64,000 nucleotides of DNA, taken from Eledone cirrhosa. Its lineage: Eukaryota. Position numbers and translations under genes: made by a program. The notes below the pieces were generated by a model. It did not search any database, was not told the DNA's origin, and saw nothing but the letters and a program-made list of their open reading frames with translations. Below, piece by piece: positions 63,286 to 64,000 of the stretch. Where the stretch lies: the NCBI GenBank assembly GCA_964016885.1, contig CAXHJY010000096.1, positions 1,364,001 through 1,428,000 of the forward strand, in the 5' to 3' direction. Position 1 is the first letter of the stretch; each line of letters begins with the position of its first letter.

Positions 63286-64000
63286 TCAAGGGGAGATAAT
63301 TTCCAGCCGTCCAAGGAGAGATAATTTAAAAAAAAATCAGGCGGAGATAATTTGTAAAAAAAAATCAGGGGGAGATAATTTGTAAAAAAAATCAGGGGGA
63401 GATAATTTGTAAAAAAAAATCAGGGGTAGATAATTTGTAAAAAAAAATCAGGGGGAGATAATTTGTAAAAAAAAATCAGGAGGAGATAATTTGTAAAAAA
63501 AATCAAGGGGAGATAATTTCCAGCCGTCCAAGGAGAGATAATTTTAAAAAAAATCAGGCGGAGATAATTTGTAAAAAAAAATCAGGGGGAGATAATTTGT
63601 AAAAAAAAATCAGGGGGAGATAATTTGTAAAAAAAATCAAGGGGAGATAATTTCCAGCCGTCCAAGGGGAGATAATTTTCAGCCGTCCAAGGGGAGATAA
63701 TTTCCCGCCAGCCAAGGGAAGATAATATTCAAAAAAATCAGGCGGAGATAATTTGTAAAAAAAATCAGGGGGAGATAATTTGTAAAAAAATCAGGGGGAG
63801 ATAATTTGTAAAAAAAAAAATCAGGGGGAGATAATTTGTAAAAAAAATCAGGGGGAGATAATTTGTAAAAAAAATCAGGGGTAGATAATTTGTAAAAAAA
63901 AATCAGGGGGAGATAATTTGTAAAAAAAAATCAGGGGGAGATAATTTGTAAAAAAAATGAAAGGGGAGATAATATCCAGCCGTCCAAGGGGAGATAATTT
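63286..64000 (+). repeat. Start of the next HOR copy; matches positions ~58-772
   Basis: Same monomer order and A-tract lengths as the window start, at offset 63228 (58->63286; 647->63875). Confidence 0.88.

Larger units (their letters stand above)
1..64000 (+). repeat. Compound tandem satellite array of two interspersed monomers: A = TCAGGGGGAGATAATTTGT(A)7-11 (26-30 bp) and B = CAAGGGGAGATAATTTCCAGCCGTC (25 bp), sharing core GGGGAGATAATTT; apparently continues past both window ends
   Basis: The core recurs every 25-30 bp from the start to the end of the window in one orientation. A units at 3-30 (28 bp) and 31-57 (27 bp); a run of B units at ~730-1135. No non-repeat sequence seen. Confidence 0.99.

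Noticed and set aside
1-64000. CRISPR-like alternation of a constant repeat and a spacer
   Set aside because: The constant part is only 13 bp, the 'spacers' are 12-17 bp of just two recurring types rather than unique sequences, and there is no leader or cas gene.
1-64000. Telomeric repeat array (G-rich strand bias)
   Set aside because: Two alternating 25-30-bp units with kb-scale HORs and inherited variants do not fit telomerase-templated synthesis. A subtelomeric location cannot be excluded.
1-64000. Shine-Dalgarno-like (AAGGAG/GGAGG), terminator-like T-runs and poly-A tail-like motifs
   Set aside because: These are intrinsic parts of the monomers, with no associated gene, hairpin, retroelement body or target-site duplication.
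1-64000. Whole array as a sequencing concatemer or synthetic artefact
   Set aside because: Variants are shared hierarchically between copies and most indels remove whole monomers, as expected from biological evolution. Local misassembly remains possible.

Overview
The whole 64 kb window is one uninterrupted, head-to-tail satellite DNA array. I find no unique sequence, no inversion, and no credible gene, RNA gene, transposon or CRISPR. It is built from two short monomers that share a 13-bp core, GGGGAGATAATTT. Type A is TCAGGGGGAGATAATTTGT+A7-11 (26-30 bp, mostly 27/28, ~30% GC). Type B is CAAGGGGAGATAATTTCCAGCCGTC (25 bp, 52% GC). Runs of A and runs of B alternate (roughly 2,400 monomers, estimated as length/~26 bp). 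Structure is visible at several scales: monomer, stereotyped A/B junction monomers, 50-100-bp variant cassettes, kb-scale higher-order repeats (HORs), and 22-kb and 56-kb long-range duplications. There are four near-regular HOR copies of 6789/6759/6060/6400 bp, then a rearranged domain of 1.3-6.1-kb units, then a return to the first HOR type. All listed ORFs are minus-strand by-products of the repeat. The layout resembles a eukaryotic centromeric or heterochromatic HOR satellite, but I cannot name the organism or repeat family. All offsets and counts were read by eye from the sequence and ORF track.
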